The notes under the pieces are model-generated. The model did not search any database and was not told where the DNA came from. It saw only the letters and a list, made by a program, of their open reading frames with translations. From NCBI GenBank assembly GCA_003971905.1, contig RSEE01000010.1:868001-932000 (forward strand): 64,000 bases of DNA, given 5' to 3'. The position numbers and the translations under genes are program-made. This document shows positions 25,977 through 38,900 of this stretch, piece by piece. Source of the stretch: Moniliella sp. 'wahieum' (taxonomy: Eukaryota). The stretch's first letter is position 1. Each line of letters starts with the position of its first letter.

Positions 25977-27025
25977 TCAACCGCGCCCGACGTAGCTAGG
26001 CATGTTGGTAGCCATGATGGTCACCTCCTGGATTTGACCGACAAGGGTAGGTTGGCAATGTGGACAATTTCCTTTGCAACAAATTCACGGTCAAACACAG
26101 GTTCGGTCTTGACCGTCACTCCATCCGCTTGGAGCACCCCCGTGCCCGACATGCGCTTCGTCATGGACGAACTGGCATTGCCAATGTCGATTTGGGACAC
26201 GGCAATATCTGCGGCACAGTAGGTTAGCCATCGATCTTACCTCATTCCCATAGCAACGGAGGAGAGACCCACTGTACTTGCGCCCGTCCAGCGCAAGGGA
26301 TTTGGTCAGGCCCGTGATGGCATGCTTGGTGGCAGTGTCTGGTGGGGCGAGGGTTAGTAGGTATGGAGTGCTATGAGGAAGCGAAAGATGCGGAGCGGGG
26401 AAAACAGACAGGCAGAAGAGTGGGGACGTGGGACCTTGGAGCTGATCGAACCGTTGAGGATGATGCGTCCACCCTTGGTACCCTTGGAGCCGTCCATGTA
26501 GCGGAACGCCTCCCGGCTGCAGAGAAAGGCTATTCGGAGTGAGCTGTATGCACCCAGCAAAACAAACACGGAGCAGAACCAGCACCGCGCCACACCACAC
26601 AACACCACACCACACATACCGCCATTCAGGTTGACATGAACCACATTCGTCCACTGCTCCAAGCTCAACTCTTGGATCGGCACCGCCGGAGCCCCAATCC
26701 CCGCATTGATAAAGATGAGATCAACATGCCCAAACAGCTCCTCCGCCCGCGCAAACATATTCGTCACTGCCCCTTCCTCCCCCATGTCGCCCATGTACAG
26801 TCTTACCTGTCCCCCGGCCTCGGGCGCCTCCTGCCGCACACGCGCAGTAATGCTCTTCACCACCGACTCGAGCGCTTCCAACCGCCGGCCGGAAATGAGC
26901 ATGTTCCATCCATCCAACGCCAGTGCCTCGGCAGTGGAGCGGCCAATGCCCTGCGACCCTCCGGTGACGATGGCGCTGCGCGTGCCGCGGGGGGGCGGGA
27001 AGGTGCGGACGGCAGGATCGGCCAT
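25977..27025 (-). CDS. Short-chain dehydrogenase/reductase
   Basis: AIVTGGSQGIG, DLIFINAG, GGRIILNGSIS, YTATKHAITGLTKSLALDGRKY, QIDIGNA, C-terminal TIMATNMPSYVGRG*; three probable introns. Confidence 0.9.
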
Positions 27026-27450
27026 GACGGTTGGGGCGGGGTGCAAGTTGCGGGGGCTGCGTAGCGCCGAGTCGGGCTGGTGGATGGGACGACGGGATTG
27101 ATGGTCGCTGATCAGTAATCGATGATTGGGGGGCGCTTGTCTGGGCGCTGATGCATGATGTTCACTTGAACGTTGAATGATGAAAATGAACCTTGAAACA
27201 TCGGCATGAGTGTGTTCGTGTATCTTACGTCAGATCCAGCCAGGCCAAACGGGTCAGATGGCCTGCGAGGCTGAGGCCCCTGAGGGAGAGATGACGATTG
27301 GTGGAGGAGGGTGGTGCCGAGGCGTCGTCAACGCAAATAACGCCCGGGCGACGCGGAAGCGGGATAGGACAGCCACTTGGTCTCCGCCTCCTTCAACACC
27401 ACCACGCCTACCCGTTCCTTGCGCTTGATACCCCCCCCCCCTTGCCCACC

Positions 27451-28298
27451 ATGATGAATGTGCGTCGCTCCCGACCCTCGCCAAGGACGTTCGGTCGCTG
27501 ACCCCCTTCCCCTTGTTCGCCGGCAGATTTGGCAGCTGAAGGCCAAGGAGGAGGCCAAGAAGAAGAGCGCCAAGACGTCGCCAGCGCAGCTGCGTGCCCA
27601 GAAGGGTATGCCTCCCCCTACTCGTATCCTTGCTGCCCTAATCAAGACTCACTGACGTTTCCCTCTTCCTCGCCTGCCTCCAGATGTTTCTGAGCTGGAT
27701 CTGCCCCCGACAATGCGAACCGTGTTCCCGGACCCGGCTGACCTGATGCACTTTAAGCTCTTTATCACTCCCGACGAAGGTAGGTTCCCCTCTCTTTGCG
27801 CTGCTTGGCCCTGTGCGTGGCTCTGATGCACCCCTCTCCCCCAGGCATTTACAAGGACGCTACCTTTGAGTTTGACTTTACCATCTCGACCAACTACCCC
27901 CACCAAGCGCCCAAGGTCAAGTGCGCCAACAAGATCTACCATCCCAACATCGACCTCGAGGGCAACATCTGTCTCAACATCCTGCGTGAGGACTGGAACC
28001 CCGTTCTGAACCTCAATGGCGTAATGGTCGGACTCCAGTTCCTCTTCCTCGAGCCCAATGCCGACGACCCTTTGAATAAGGGTACGCCCCCCCTCCCCCC
28101 TTCTTCAGGAGCGCCTCCACTGACTATCTGATAGATGCCGCCGAGGCCCTGCGTCGCGACAGGAAAGCGTTTGCAAGGGATGCCCGGGCTTGCCTCAGTG
28201 GCCGATCGCTACGTACGTTGGCTACCTTGTTTGTCTTGCCTTCCTAGCCCGTTCTAACCTTTCCCCCAGGCGGCGTCACCTACGACAAGCTCCTTTGA
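27451..28298 (+). CDS. UBC12: NEDD8/Rub1-conjugating E2 enzyme
   Basis: [67 protein letters not shown]; five canonical short introns. Confidence 0.93.
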
Positions 28299-28631
28299 TA
28301 TTCCTCTCCCTTGCGGCAGGAGAAACCTCTTCCTTGGTTGGTGCACACCGTACCTCCATCCGCATTTACTTTCCTACGTGTGGGTGCCTTCTTCCCTTCG
28401 CCCCTTGAGATAGGAAGCTGCTAGCTATGCATGCAGGCAGAGCAGGGTGGCCCATATGACAAGCAGTGATATTACCGAGCTTACAATCTGTGCGGAGCTT
28501 GTCCCTGGATGGACCGAGCCCCTCTGGGGCTCAGCTAGAGTGGCGAGGGGAACGGGGCAAGTCAAGGCGCCGAGTCGGGCCCGCAGTGCATCGTCCCAGT
28601 GGGTAATAGGGGAACAAGAGCCAACCAGGGT

Positions 28632-29211
28632 CTAAGCAAAGGACTGAGCTGCGGCCGAGCACGCCTTGAGTTGTTCCAAGTAGTACGCACAGGCGTTCGT
28701 GTCGTTGTTGGTCGCCTCAAAGCAGCGCAGGAGATCTAACCGGGCAGACAGTTAGCCATTGTCATTCGCACAGGCCAATCCACTCCAAATCCAAGTTCAA
28801 ATTCAAAGCAAGCAGGGAGCACGTACCTTTGGACTGCGCTTCGCATGCGGCGCCCTTGGTGGCGTCTTGGGCATTGTAGCCCTGGGCCCAAGCGGCGGGC
28901 TGTTGCTCCTGCTGGGGGGCAGGCGCCGGCTCCGAAGAAGAGGAGCCGCCGCCAAAGAGCATGTTGCTCAGCCCGTGACCAACGGTGGACCCGACCGCGA
29001 CACCTGCCGCGGTAGAGGCCATGTTAGCAAACAGACCGCCGCCGCCCATGCTGGGCTGGGCCATGGGAGGTGGCGCAGCCTGGTGCGGGGCGGGGGGCGG
29101 GGCATGGTGCTGCGGGGGCGGGTGGTAGGCCTGGGTAGAGGCGCTGCGGGAGCCCGAGGGCATGCGCGAGGAGGGCGAGGGGCGAGAGCTGGAGCGGCCG
29201 CCGCGGGGCAT
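28632..29211 (-). CDS. MIX17: Mix17/CHCHD2/CHCHD10 mitochondrial twin-CX9C protein
   Basis: [54 protein letters not shown]; one intron; TATA-like TATATAA about 75 bp upstream. Confidence 0.92.
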
Positions 29212-29646
29212 GGTGAGTAAGTTGGAGAGTGGAAGGTGGAGGGGGTGCGGAACAAGGCGGTGGCGGGGCGGGGCGGGGGGGGTTATATAGGCCGGCGGGC
29301 CACGGACCCTTCTGCTCTCGTTCCGCGCCGGGCTTCTTCCAGCGCCTTCGGGCGCTTCGCCTGCCTCATTAACCGCTGCTGCTCCGGCCGACGTCCACTA
29401 GCCACTGCCTAGTCCCGCCGGCCTGCGCATTACTAATTCCGCTTGCTCCGCCCCGAGCCCCGTGCCAAAGGGAGGTCACGTGCCCCAGCTGAGGTCAGCA
29501 CTGTCAGCTCCTTTTTTTTTTCGAGCCATGCTCCTCTCCGACAGAGGCTATGCTGGACATGCTAGCTTAGTCGATAGCTAGCCAGCCACACCGATTGGCT
29601 CCCGTGCCGTCCTCACCCTCGCCTGGTTGCTCCTCACCACCCCACC

Positions 29647-30021
29647 ATGCCCAAAGCTGGCAAGCTCACCCGTACGTCCCCTCCTCCCGCCCGCCTGGCT
29701 CCGCCTGACCATCTGTTGCCTCTCTTCCTCTCTTCTCTCTAAGGCGCGGAGCGCAAGCAACCTGCGCCCCACCCGACCATCGAGGCCGACGCTGCCCAGG
29801 CAGAGGCCCAGCCCAAGCCCAAGCCCACGTCTTCCGAAGCGTGGACGAGCAGTGTGCAGCAGGCCAAGAAGAAAGGTGCCAATCGGAAACGCGGCTCGCT
29901 GTCCTCGGTCGCGGCGCGCGCCAAGCGCGAAAAGGCTCTCGAGCGCCAAGATCGGCTGAACGCCAAGAAGAACAGGAAAGAAACTCGGCTAGCACGCAAC
30001 CAGGCGGGACGCGGGGAATGA
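29647..30021 (+). CDS. Small basic protein, possibly an Alb1/Ecm1-like 60S biogenesis factor
   Basis: cccaccATG, intron 29672-29743 (GTACGT..CTGAC..TAAG), K/R-rich SSVAARAKREKALERQDRLNAKK; family assignment is tentative. Confidence 0.55.
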
Positions 30022-30051
30022 ACGGTAAGATCGGACAGCTTAGGTTGGAAG

Positions 30052-30088
30052 GGCATGGCATGGCATGGCATGGCATGGCATGGCATGG
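30052..30088. repeat. (GGCAT)n pentanucleotide microsatellite
   Basis: About 7 tandem GGCAT units between convergent 3' ends. Confidence 0.9.
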
Positions 30089-30155
30089 AATGGCGGTGGT
30101 TGATGGGGACAAATGGGTGCATGTGGGGAAGGGAGGGCAGGACGTGGGGTACGGT

Positions 30156-32208
30156 TTACCATGCCAGCAGCGGGGCAACAACGAACGTCAGCAGAGACAA
30201 CAGGTCGTCCAGATCGTCCGAGGAGATGAGCAGAGAGGTGGGACCGAGGCAGGGCACAGGGAGGCGTTGGAGGCGGTGACAACGGGAGACCGTCCAGCGC
30301 AGGCGGTCGAGTCGGCCTGAGCCTCGCGGGCTCCGGTTGATCTCCCCCGAGGCGGGCGTGATGCGAGGTAGGCCCAACTGCTGCAAGGCGCGATCGGACC
30401 AGGACCAGGAAACCCACCCGGCTGGCACACGCCCTGACCAGGTCGGATACGAGTACAGCTGCGCGACGGCCTAGTGCGGTGTAAGAAATAGGTTGCGCGG
30501 GGCATCGTCCACCTGTACCCCCTCCGGCGGGCGGAGATGGACAAGGCGAATTTGCAGAGGACAATGCGCATGCGACCAGGAGAAAAGGCTGTTGCGAACT
30601 AACAGACGACCATTCCCCAATCGTTTTCCTTGGCGTCCATACACGCCCAGCGTCAGGCCAGAAACGTACGCCACAAAGCCGTCTTGGCCAGTGCGGAAGA
30701 AGAAAGGGTAGTTTTGAACAACATGGTGGTGTTGCCGTTACCAAAACTGATTACTAGCGTCTGGCTGGGCGGGTCGAGCGAGACAATGTCACATTGTGTA
30801 GAAGGACTTTGGGGAAACCACAATGCTAATGTTATTTCCCATCCTGAAGGCAACAAGAGGAGACAACGTACCTTGTCTATCGTGGCTACTCGTTCAACCA
30901 AAGCGACAGGATCCTTCGCTTGGAAAGTAAATTCAATCTGTTACGTCAATGGCTTTTGCCCCCGAGGACGGCCGTCAGGGTGCACCATGCCTTGCCCTAA
31001 GCTCCAGATGGGCGCACCTGTGACAAAACGTACCGTACTGCTCATCCTCCCCCAACGCGGAAAAAAAGAGATAGGTACCATCAAAGCATGGGTTGCGCAA
31101 GTTCCGCACGTTCCGCACGCTGCGGTACCTAAACCTTCGTTAGCTTCTCCTTTCCACAGTCGAGAATGCAAGAAGAGAACGTACAATGACCTGCGCAAAT
31201 CCGAGGGGAGGCCACCACAGTCGTCTGGACCTGCTCGTCAGTTTCGACATTATAGATGCGGACTTCTTTCCCGGTCCATCTAGTCCAACGGTTCAGTGGC
31301 TGCAACCCAGCAGACATAGAAGGGGCAACGCACCTTGCCAAGAGGGGCGGGGTAAACGTACGCATCCCCACAGCAAATGGGAACGTGGCGAGTTTGACAA
31401 AGTGGCCGGGGCGAGGGGAGCGGCCGAGGCGGTGGTGGGACAGGTAAGTTTCCAAGTGGTAAAAGGTAGTGCTGGGGGGGCCGCGCCGGGTGCGAGGCGT
31501 GAGCGCAATGTACCCTTTCGGGTGGGAGAGCTGGAGAGCACGACTGTGTCCCGCCTGCTGGGGAGATGGGCGAGGAGGTGTGCACGGGGCCCTACGACCA
31601 ACAGCGCGAGCGGAACAGGATCGTGGTCCGACCAAGCCGTGTCCTGGTCCGCGGTGGGAACCGAAGTGAGGAACCAATATCCACAAGCCATCATGCATCA
31701 TCATGCATCAAACTCGCCGGGCGAAGGAAGACTGGCGGGGTAAAATGTGGGCCATGGGTGGTGGGTCTGGGGCGCGACGAGGCGAGCGCGGGCAACAGGA
31801 GTGTTTTTGGTCAGATCAAAGCCTAGCTGCTGCTCGACCAGGGTTGTGGTACAGGAGACCAAGTGGCGCCATGTCCGGAAGTGCGTCAGCTGCTGCGCAT
31901 CGGACAACGTCTGGCTCGGGGCGGCAAGCTGCCAGCGGAGCACGAGCGTGTGCCACAGCGTGTCGTCGAGCGTCACGGCATGCCAGCCTAGCCAGCACAG
32001 AGCACGCGCGTGAGCCTGGCCGTTCAGCCTGACCCTCTGAGTTCAGGCCGCTCAGGTTGAGCGCTCCCAGGGGTGGCGCACCCGATTCCGAACCCAGCCC
32101 AAGCACACACGCACCTTGGCACACCGCTGCCACATGGGCCAGGTCGCTGGCACTGAGAACGCCTGTCGCGCCAATTTGCACACACACCTCGTACGGCAGA
32201 CTGGCCAT
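30156..32208 (-). CDS. F-box domain protein; frameshifted, 3' end uncertain
   Basis: MASLPYEVCVQI..LSASDLAHVAAVC..LDDTLWHTL F-box pattern; probable intron after the first exon. Confidence 0.65.
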
Positions 32209-32691
32209 GGCGGCCTGGGATAGAGGGGAAAGCGGCAGTGGTGAGATCTGAGATGGTCAGACTGGGGCCAGTCAGTGCTAGCGGGGGGGTACTGTACCCC
32301 GCAACCCCATTGCCAGGGGTCGCGTGAACAGCAAGCAAGCCAGGATCAAAGTAAAGCGTTCATGTGACAATTCATTGTCAGCTTATCGTAACCCCGTCTT
32401 CGATTCATCTACAATCCCGGCGCCCGAACAATGCCAGCTGATTGAGTTGATCGGACCATCGCCCACGTCCAGGACCGCAGTCATCGATGGCAAAAGGGAA
32501 CCAAGTGTGGATTGCACAAGTAGGCAGCCAGTACAGACGCACTTTTTACCAACCCACAACCACGGGCTTTTCGGGACTACATAGATGAAGCAGTTACAAT
32601 CAGTACCGGCGCGCCGCAACGACGCCACGGTGACGCGTTGCGCGATACGACGCGTCACGCGCGTCACGCGGCATGCGGCAAGCTTCAAGCA

Positions 32692-32722
32692 CATGCATGA
32701 TGCATCATGCATCATGCATCAT
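32692..32722. repeat. (ATGCATC)n palindromic heptamer repeat
   Basis: catgcatgatgcatcatgcatcatgcatcat; related copies at about 31690-31710 and 32863-32894. Confidence 0.85.
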
Positions 32723-33099
32723 AGCACGTGACGCGTGGCGTGGGCGTGCAAGATTTCGCCACTTGGTAGTACCCGCTGTAACAGTGTTACACTAAATCCA
32801 ACAAGTGGGGAGAGGGGTTCTCGAAGCAAGGGCACCCCGACTGGTCGCTGAGACTCAGCAGCCATGCATCGTGCATCATGCATCATGCATCATGGCCGCC
32901 CCCTCTGAAAAACGAGTGAAGGGGGGGTGCCTCGGGATGCTCGCTCGCTCGCCCGCCAGAAAAAGTTTGTGCGAGAAAAGGGGGGCTGGGCATGCCAAGG
33001 GTACATTTCAAGTTTGGTAAGGTAATCGAGATCATCGATCATCGACTTCCAGCTCACCAAGCGGCAAGTCCCGGCGAGGGCAGTTCGGGTGTGTGACAT

Positions 33100-33124
33100 G
33101 TGACCGGTGACCGGTGACCGGTGA
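33100..33124. repeat. (GACCGGT)n palindromic heptamer repeat
   Basis: gtgaccggtgaccggtgaccggtga. Confidence 0.9.
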
Positions 33125-33349
33125 ATATGAATACGAATGAGGAGCTCGAGGAGGTGGATGAGGTCATCGACCATCCATCCCATCAGCCCTTGAATTGCAG
33201 GCCCCCTCGCCTTGGCCTCCTCTCTCCTCCCTCTCTCCTCCGCCCGACCCCCGATGCCAAGCACCGATCGCAGCCCTGTTCTCCACTGTTCTCAGGGGGG
33301 GCAGAGCCTACTTGGTGCATCGCGCCACCCAAGTTCGACTCGTCAATCG

Positions 33350-33381
33350 CTAGTTACTAGTTACTAGTTACTAGTTACTAG
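33350..33381. repeat. (ACTAGTT)n palindromic heptamer repeat
   Basis: ctagttactagttactagttactagttactag. Confidence 0.9.
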
Positions 33382-34581
33382 CACTCTCCGAACGGCCTGG
33401 CCCAGCCTAGCCCCCCCCAGCCCGGGTGCCTGGCCCTGGGGTGCGGCAGGGGCGGCGTTTCAATATCGGCTGAGGCTGGCTGAGGCTCAGGCGCTCAGGG
33501 CTGGCTGAGGTGCTGGCTGCTAAAGGCTAAGTAAGCGCCAAGCTAAGCGTCCACTCTCGGCAACCAAGCTAAGCCATGCTGAGTGCTGTGCTGTGCTGAA
33601 CTGGGGCTGGATGCGCGAGACGATGCAGAGTGACTCGGTGACTCGGTGCCGGTGACTAGTGACTAGTGACATTGCCATGCAGGACACCATCCAGTTCGAG
33701 GCTGCGCGGTTCGCATCCGCGTCCAGCCACTTAGCAACTCATTTTTAGTAGCCAGTCGCCGCTCTCGAGCGTCCGCCGCATCAAAGTCCCCCGAGCGCCC
33801 AGCGCTGTCAATGGGAACGTTGCCCATCCGTACAGCGTGCCCATAGCGCTCCTTAGGCGTGGCTGGACAGCTGCTCTCTGGGCGCTTCCAGTTACTAGTT
33901 ACATGTTACAGGAGCAGCTGGGAGACCTATCAAGCTTCACGCGATTCAACCGCCTTGGGCTAGGAAAGCAGGCCAATCTACCATTACCACGCACAGACCA
34001 ACCCCCCAGCCGAGGTCCAGAGAAAAAAGATGGTACGGTACATTCAAACAAACAAATAAGAACCGTCTGAGCGCCAGCGCTCCAGACCAGCAACGAGAGG
34101 TATATGCTGAGAAAATACGGGGGGACGAGCGGAGAGGAGAGCGAGGTACGGCGAGCCAGGCATCCACAAGCTCCACGGGAGCTAGCGAGCGGTCCAACGC
34201 CCGCCTGGTGAACCGCACCGAGAAACGTGACTAGTGACGGGTCCCAGGACGGGTGCGAGGGGGCCAGCTCAGGTCATGGTCATGGGCGCATGCTTGAGAC
34301 TTGAGAGCCGAGGCACAGCGTCCGAGACAGGGCGATCCAATCCAGCGGGGGGAAGACAAAGGACAAAGCGAGGAGTGCGGGAAGCGATGGGGGGAGAGGG
34401 GGGGGCGATGCGAGACGTATGAAGCAGAGACATGGGATGCGAGAAAAATGCAGACCGGGGCGGGGGGGGGTGAAGGGCGTGCGTGCGGAGGCACGCAGAG
34501 ACCCATGGCGGTCATGGATAAAAACAAGTGGGAGAGCGAGGAACCGAGGCTCAGGGACAGAGCGCAACAAGTGACGAGGCG

Positions 34582-34809
34582 CTAGCTCCGCATCGTCCTG
34601 CACCGTGCATCGGCCGGATCGCACACGGGCCCCGTGTGCCTCGTCGTTGCACTGGGGTGCTGGTGCAGGTCGTGCACAGTTTGTTTCGGCAGCGCAGGCG
34701 CGCGGCTAACCGGACGCGCATTGACCAGGTCCGCGTCGCAGAAGACACAGATTCCTGTCCCGGTGCGCGTCACGTGTCCGCACTCGGCGCAGACAGCGTA
34801 CGTCGTCAT
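34582..34809 (-). CDS. 75-aa microprotein with N-terminal CxxC-x10-CxxC zinc ribbon
   Basis: MTTYAVCAECGHVTRTGTGICVFCDADLVNARP; acaaccATG context; canonical 5'UTR intron 34816-34916; TATAAT at 35111-35116. Confidence 0.65.
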   Translation of the reverse strand: MTTYAVCAECGHVTRTGTGICVFCDADLVNARPVSRAPALPKQTVHDLHQHPSATTRHTGPVCDPADARCRTMRS

Positions 34810-34815
34810 GGTTGT

Positions 34816-34916
34816 CTGGGGCGGAGCAAGGGCAGAGGAGGGTTAGCTGAGCGTGGCGGGGAGGAGGCAGACGCGGCCAGGGGGGGGGGGGGGACGTGCG
34901 GCAAACACCAACTTAC
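34816..34916 (-). other. Predicted 101-nt 5'UTR intron of the 75-aa zinc-ribbon gene
   Basis: GTAAGT donor (34916), GCTAAC branch point (34847-34842), pyrimidine-rich tract, CAG acceptor ending 6 nt before ATG. Confidence 0.7.
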
Positions 34917-35128
34917 GGAGAGGAGGCGGCGGAAAGTGGAACGAGGTGGGCGGGAGAAGAGCGCGGTGGGCAAGAGCAAGACGTGCTGTAGAGGAAGCAG
35001 CAGCGTCAGGGAGCAAGCAGGGGCGTCGGCGTAGGAGCGAGCAAGCGCAGAAGCGGTGGGTGGGTGGGGGGGGGGGTAACAATGGGGCGGGGAGCGGGGT
35101 GGGGGTGGCTATTATATCCCCGGGCGGC

Positions 35129-35162
35129 CGTTGAACGTTGAACGTTGAACGTTGAACGTTGA
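35129..35162. repeat. (AACGTTG)n palindromic heptamer repeat just upstream of the TATA-like box
   Basis: cgttgaacgttgaacgttgaacgttgaacgttga. Confidence 0.9.
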
Positions 35163-35906
35163 CCGGTGCAGGCGCAGGGCCCCGATTCGGCGCGGTGGCA
35201 GCAGCGGCGATTGGGGCGATGCTGGCCGCTGACAGCCAAGACGGCCGGCCCAGGCAGGCAGCTCGCCAGTGCCCACAGCCGGCCACGTTGCCGGCGCGGA
35301 CACTGCCCCCCTGCCGCCCATGCCGCCCCCCCCATTATGCATTAGAGCGAGGCGCCGCCAGCGGGGGGCACCGCAGCGGGCACCGCAGCACAGGCGCGGC
35401 TGCAGCAGCGCCTGCGCAGGCGCATCTGATGGGTGATCTTAGCATGCCGCGGATGCGCAGTGGCAGTGCGCAGCGGAATATGCTCAGGCTCACGCGTCAC
35501 GCGTCATGCGTTGCCTGGGGGGTGCGCTGGGGAGGTCACCCGTCTGACATGGCAGCGCATGCTGGGGGCGGCGTGGGGCGGGTGGTGCGGCGTGGTGCGG
35601 CGTGGTGCAGCGGTGGGGGCGATGCATGGGGCCATAGGGCGCCGCCGGCAGGACCCCCATGCCAAGAAGCGTCATCGATCAGCCAGTGGTGCCACTCGGG
35701 GGCTGCGTGCATCGCATCGTCAGTACCAGGCAGTACTCAGTTACTCAGGCTGCTAAGCGTCACAGCCGCTCTCGCACCCTCGAGCAGCTCGGCCGTCCAC
35801 GGGCAACCCCCTGAGCTGGGCCTGCGTCATCGATCATCCGGGTCAGCCACCCATCGAGTCGCAGCCATCGCAGCCACCGGTGAACCAGCGGCATCCATCG
35901 CCAGCG

Positions 35907-35929
35907 CCATGGACCATGGACCATGGACC
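35907..35929. repeat. (CCATGGA)n palindromic heptamer repeat
   Basis: ccatggaccatggaccatggacc. Confidence 0.9.
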
Positions 35930-38900
35930 AGCCCGACCCCATTAGGCCAAGCAGGCAAACAGGCGCTGTGGAAGGCGCGAGTGCATCAGCGCGCTTACCT
36001 ACTCATAATCGCATCCATCTCCATCCATTCCTCCGATCGATGACTGAGCACGGCGCAGTGAACATTGCGCGTCGCGGCGGGGCGGAGCCTCAGCACGCAG
36101 CGCACGCAGCGCTGCGCCGCAGGCACACCCCGTCCCTAGGCAAGCTTCTCGTGACTACTCGAGTGACGACAGTGACTACGACCTACTCCACCTCCTACTA
36201 CCTGCCCCTATGAGGATGCGCTCTCGTTTGCCACAGTAGCGTGCGCCCCAGCATGGCGCCGCACACGACAACCCCACGCCACATCAAAAAGTGGGGGACG
36301 CCAACGCCGAGAGACGAGAGCAGTCGACCTGCGAGGGGGCCCTCCCCCGCCCGCGACGGTACAGACGCAATGAAGGACAGAGCGAGAATCAGGGGCTCCT
36401 GCCCAAGTCGTATGCTCCAAAGTGGTGCTCACCACCATGGCCAAAGTGGAGTAAGGATTGATGCACACATGGCGGGGATGTGGTCCTGCTCGTTTCCCCA
36501 GCTCAGCACTCACATGTCAAAGCGCTGGTCAAACGTGAGCCCTTCTTTGTCGGGGCTCCGCGCATCCACATCCCGCATCACGTCACCGGCGTCACCGCTA
36601 TCCTATCGTGCTCGTGATGGCGCTCTCCCTTGCGAGGGGTGGAGCAGGACGAATATAATAGCTCAAGTATATACCCCGGCCCCGCTGCAATGCTCCACCG
36701 GCCGCCACATGTCTGTCGTATTCTATGTACGTGCCCCCGCAATGAGAGGACCTAGATTCTAACGCGGTGCCCCGTGGTCGGATGGCCATGCCCCGACCCA
36801 CACTCACAAGTTGGCTCCGGTGTGGAGCCCAGACAGACACTGAGTACTGAGATCGGAGAAGCGAGGCCTGGGAAACTCCTACAGTTGTTGTAAGGAAGAA
36901 ATGCAAAACGACGTTGTCTCGCCATGGTATTAGAGCCCCGGGCATCAACATTCAATCCACTACGCCACAAAGTGAAGCTGTTGGAGCACACATGCGCATG
37001 GACGCACATATGCTGTGGGGTGCGGGAGGTGGGGGGGAGTGGAGACACAGAAAGGAACGTCTCCCCTCTCCGCATTGGCTCCCAGATCTCACTACCTGCG
37101 CGCCGTAGCACTTTTGGGATCGATGACAGTAGTGACTGCGGTGCGTGCGCCTCAGCCTCTCAGGAGAAGCGTTAGTTGAATGTTGAGGCGTTGAGCCAGC
37201 AGAGGGCGGTGAACATCCCCTTTGCCCCACCTAGTCAGTAAGGTAGTTTGGGCTTTGTATTGACTTGGCTGGGAGACTGCCAACGGAGGAGCGACCCGGC
37301 TCCACCATTAACAAGCTTCTTACGCGTCGCGTTAATTCTGAGTCAGTACCGGCGCCGGCCGACGGGCTCCGAAAAATTGCCACTTTTCCCCCCGCTCCGC
37401 CGACGAAAACCGGCGTAGACAGCAGCCCCGAGAGCAAGTTATCGATTATCGAGGCATGCCGACATCCGGCCGTGAGATCTGAGACGCGTGAGAGCCTGTG
37501 AGAGCTTAAGGAAGCGGCTAGTCATTAATAGAAAGGCTCTCGCATAGTGTTATTCCTCATAGCACCGCCATTCTTCCACAGGTCTTCTTCGTTTTGGGAC
37601 GTATAGCGCCGTAGCGTGCGTCCATCACTACAGAACAACAGTCCAACGGATCTCAACACCACTGGCTCAGACATCTGTTCTGGAAGGCACATGTCCGCGT
37701 TGTGGTCCCCGTGATACGTGTTCAAACCTTGAGTTATAACGCAGTGTGGGGACACCCCAGGTGGGACCAAGTGGAGAACCCCGGTGTTTCGGAGGGAGAC
37801 TGGGTCGTGTTTATACGGACTAGAAGTGACTATAGTGACAATGTTGACGATATAGTGACTATACAGGAACTGCGGCCGATGTAGGAAAGCGGTGCCGCCG
37901 CGGAGCGGGACCGGCAAGCTGTGCTCTCTCGCCAGTTGCGTCGTTCTCCTGCCCCACACACGCTCCAACTAGGCGCTCGCAGGATCCACACTCTGTCTTG
38001 TTGACTATATAAAAAATTTACCGTGCAAAAGACTATGCGTGTTTAACGTGCTCGTGTGCTCTCTTCCCTCAGGCCTCAGGCCTCATTAATCATTCAAGAG
38101 GTCCCAGGCCGGCATCCGACCTCAGCCTCAGACCTCAGTCCTCACCAGGCTGAGGTCTTCGGTCTCATTTACGCGTCCCATATGGTTTTTTGCTGTCTCT
38201 GTGTAAAGATCGAACGCGGCCGCACACTGGCTCGGGAAGGATCCGCCGGCTAAATTTCTTCGCTCCGGAAGAGGTTCCACGTCCATGATGCATGCGTTGC
38301 ATCTGTTCATCTTCGTACCCCTCTAGCCCAGCCCTTTTCTCATAAAAAAATTCCGTTCATTCTCCGGCCTCGGGCGGGCGTCCTGCTTTCTTTTCCGTTA
38401 AACCAGTCGCCCTCCTTTTGTGGCATGTGAGGTACCTCTGACCTTCAATTGTTGGGACAGGACTTCAGAAGTATACACCCTATACTCATTGATTGACGTT
38501 AAACCGTCCTTCCTCAGACCACAGCCGTCCTGCCACCACGTTCACCTCTGCCCCGCATTTGTTCTCTAGAAACGGAACCGAGTCAAGGATCGCGTCTCAG
38601 CTCTTCTTCCTATAGTGTGAGCCCTGGACTAACGCTCGTTCTTCATCTTCCTCGATGGACGTCCAGTATGCGGTGGGTGTTACTATCCCCCCCCCCGCGC
38701 GCGCGCGCGGTGTCCGTCCTCCCAGTGCCTTCTTTTCTTTCCCAGGTCATGCATCATGTCGCGTCGCGGCCCTGCCGGTAGTGCGTTCTCACTTATAGTG
38801 AAGACGGTGATATGCTATTAGATAATGCTTTTTTGGGGGGCGCAACAGGAAGGATATAACCAAACACCCTTTTTGCTGCCTAGTAACGAGATTCACTAAA

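Noticed and set aside
23408..27025. Secondary-metabolite gene cluster (PLP enzyme + SDR)
   Set aside because: No backbone synthase, transporter or cluster transcription factor nearby
34838..34848. CTAACCCT on the - strand as a telomerase RNA template
   Set aside because: Better explained as the GCTAAC branch point of the 5'UTR intron; not a full 1.5-repeat template
32690..35930. Short repeats as a possible CRISPR-like array
   Set aside because: Eukaryotic DNA; arrays are spacerless microsatellites with different units and no cas genes
38687..38710. Poly-C followed by (CG)7, potential Z-DNA
   Set aside because: Short simple repeat with no supporting context
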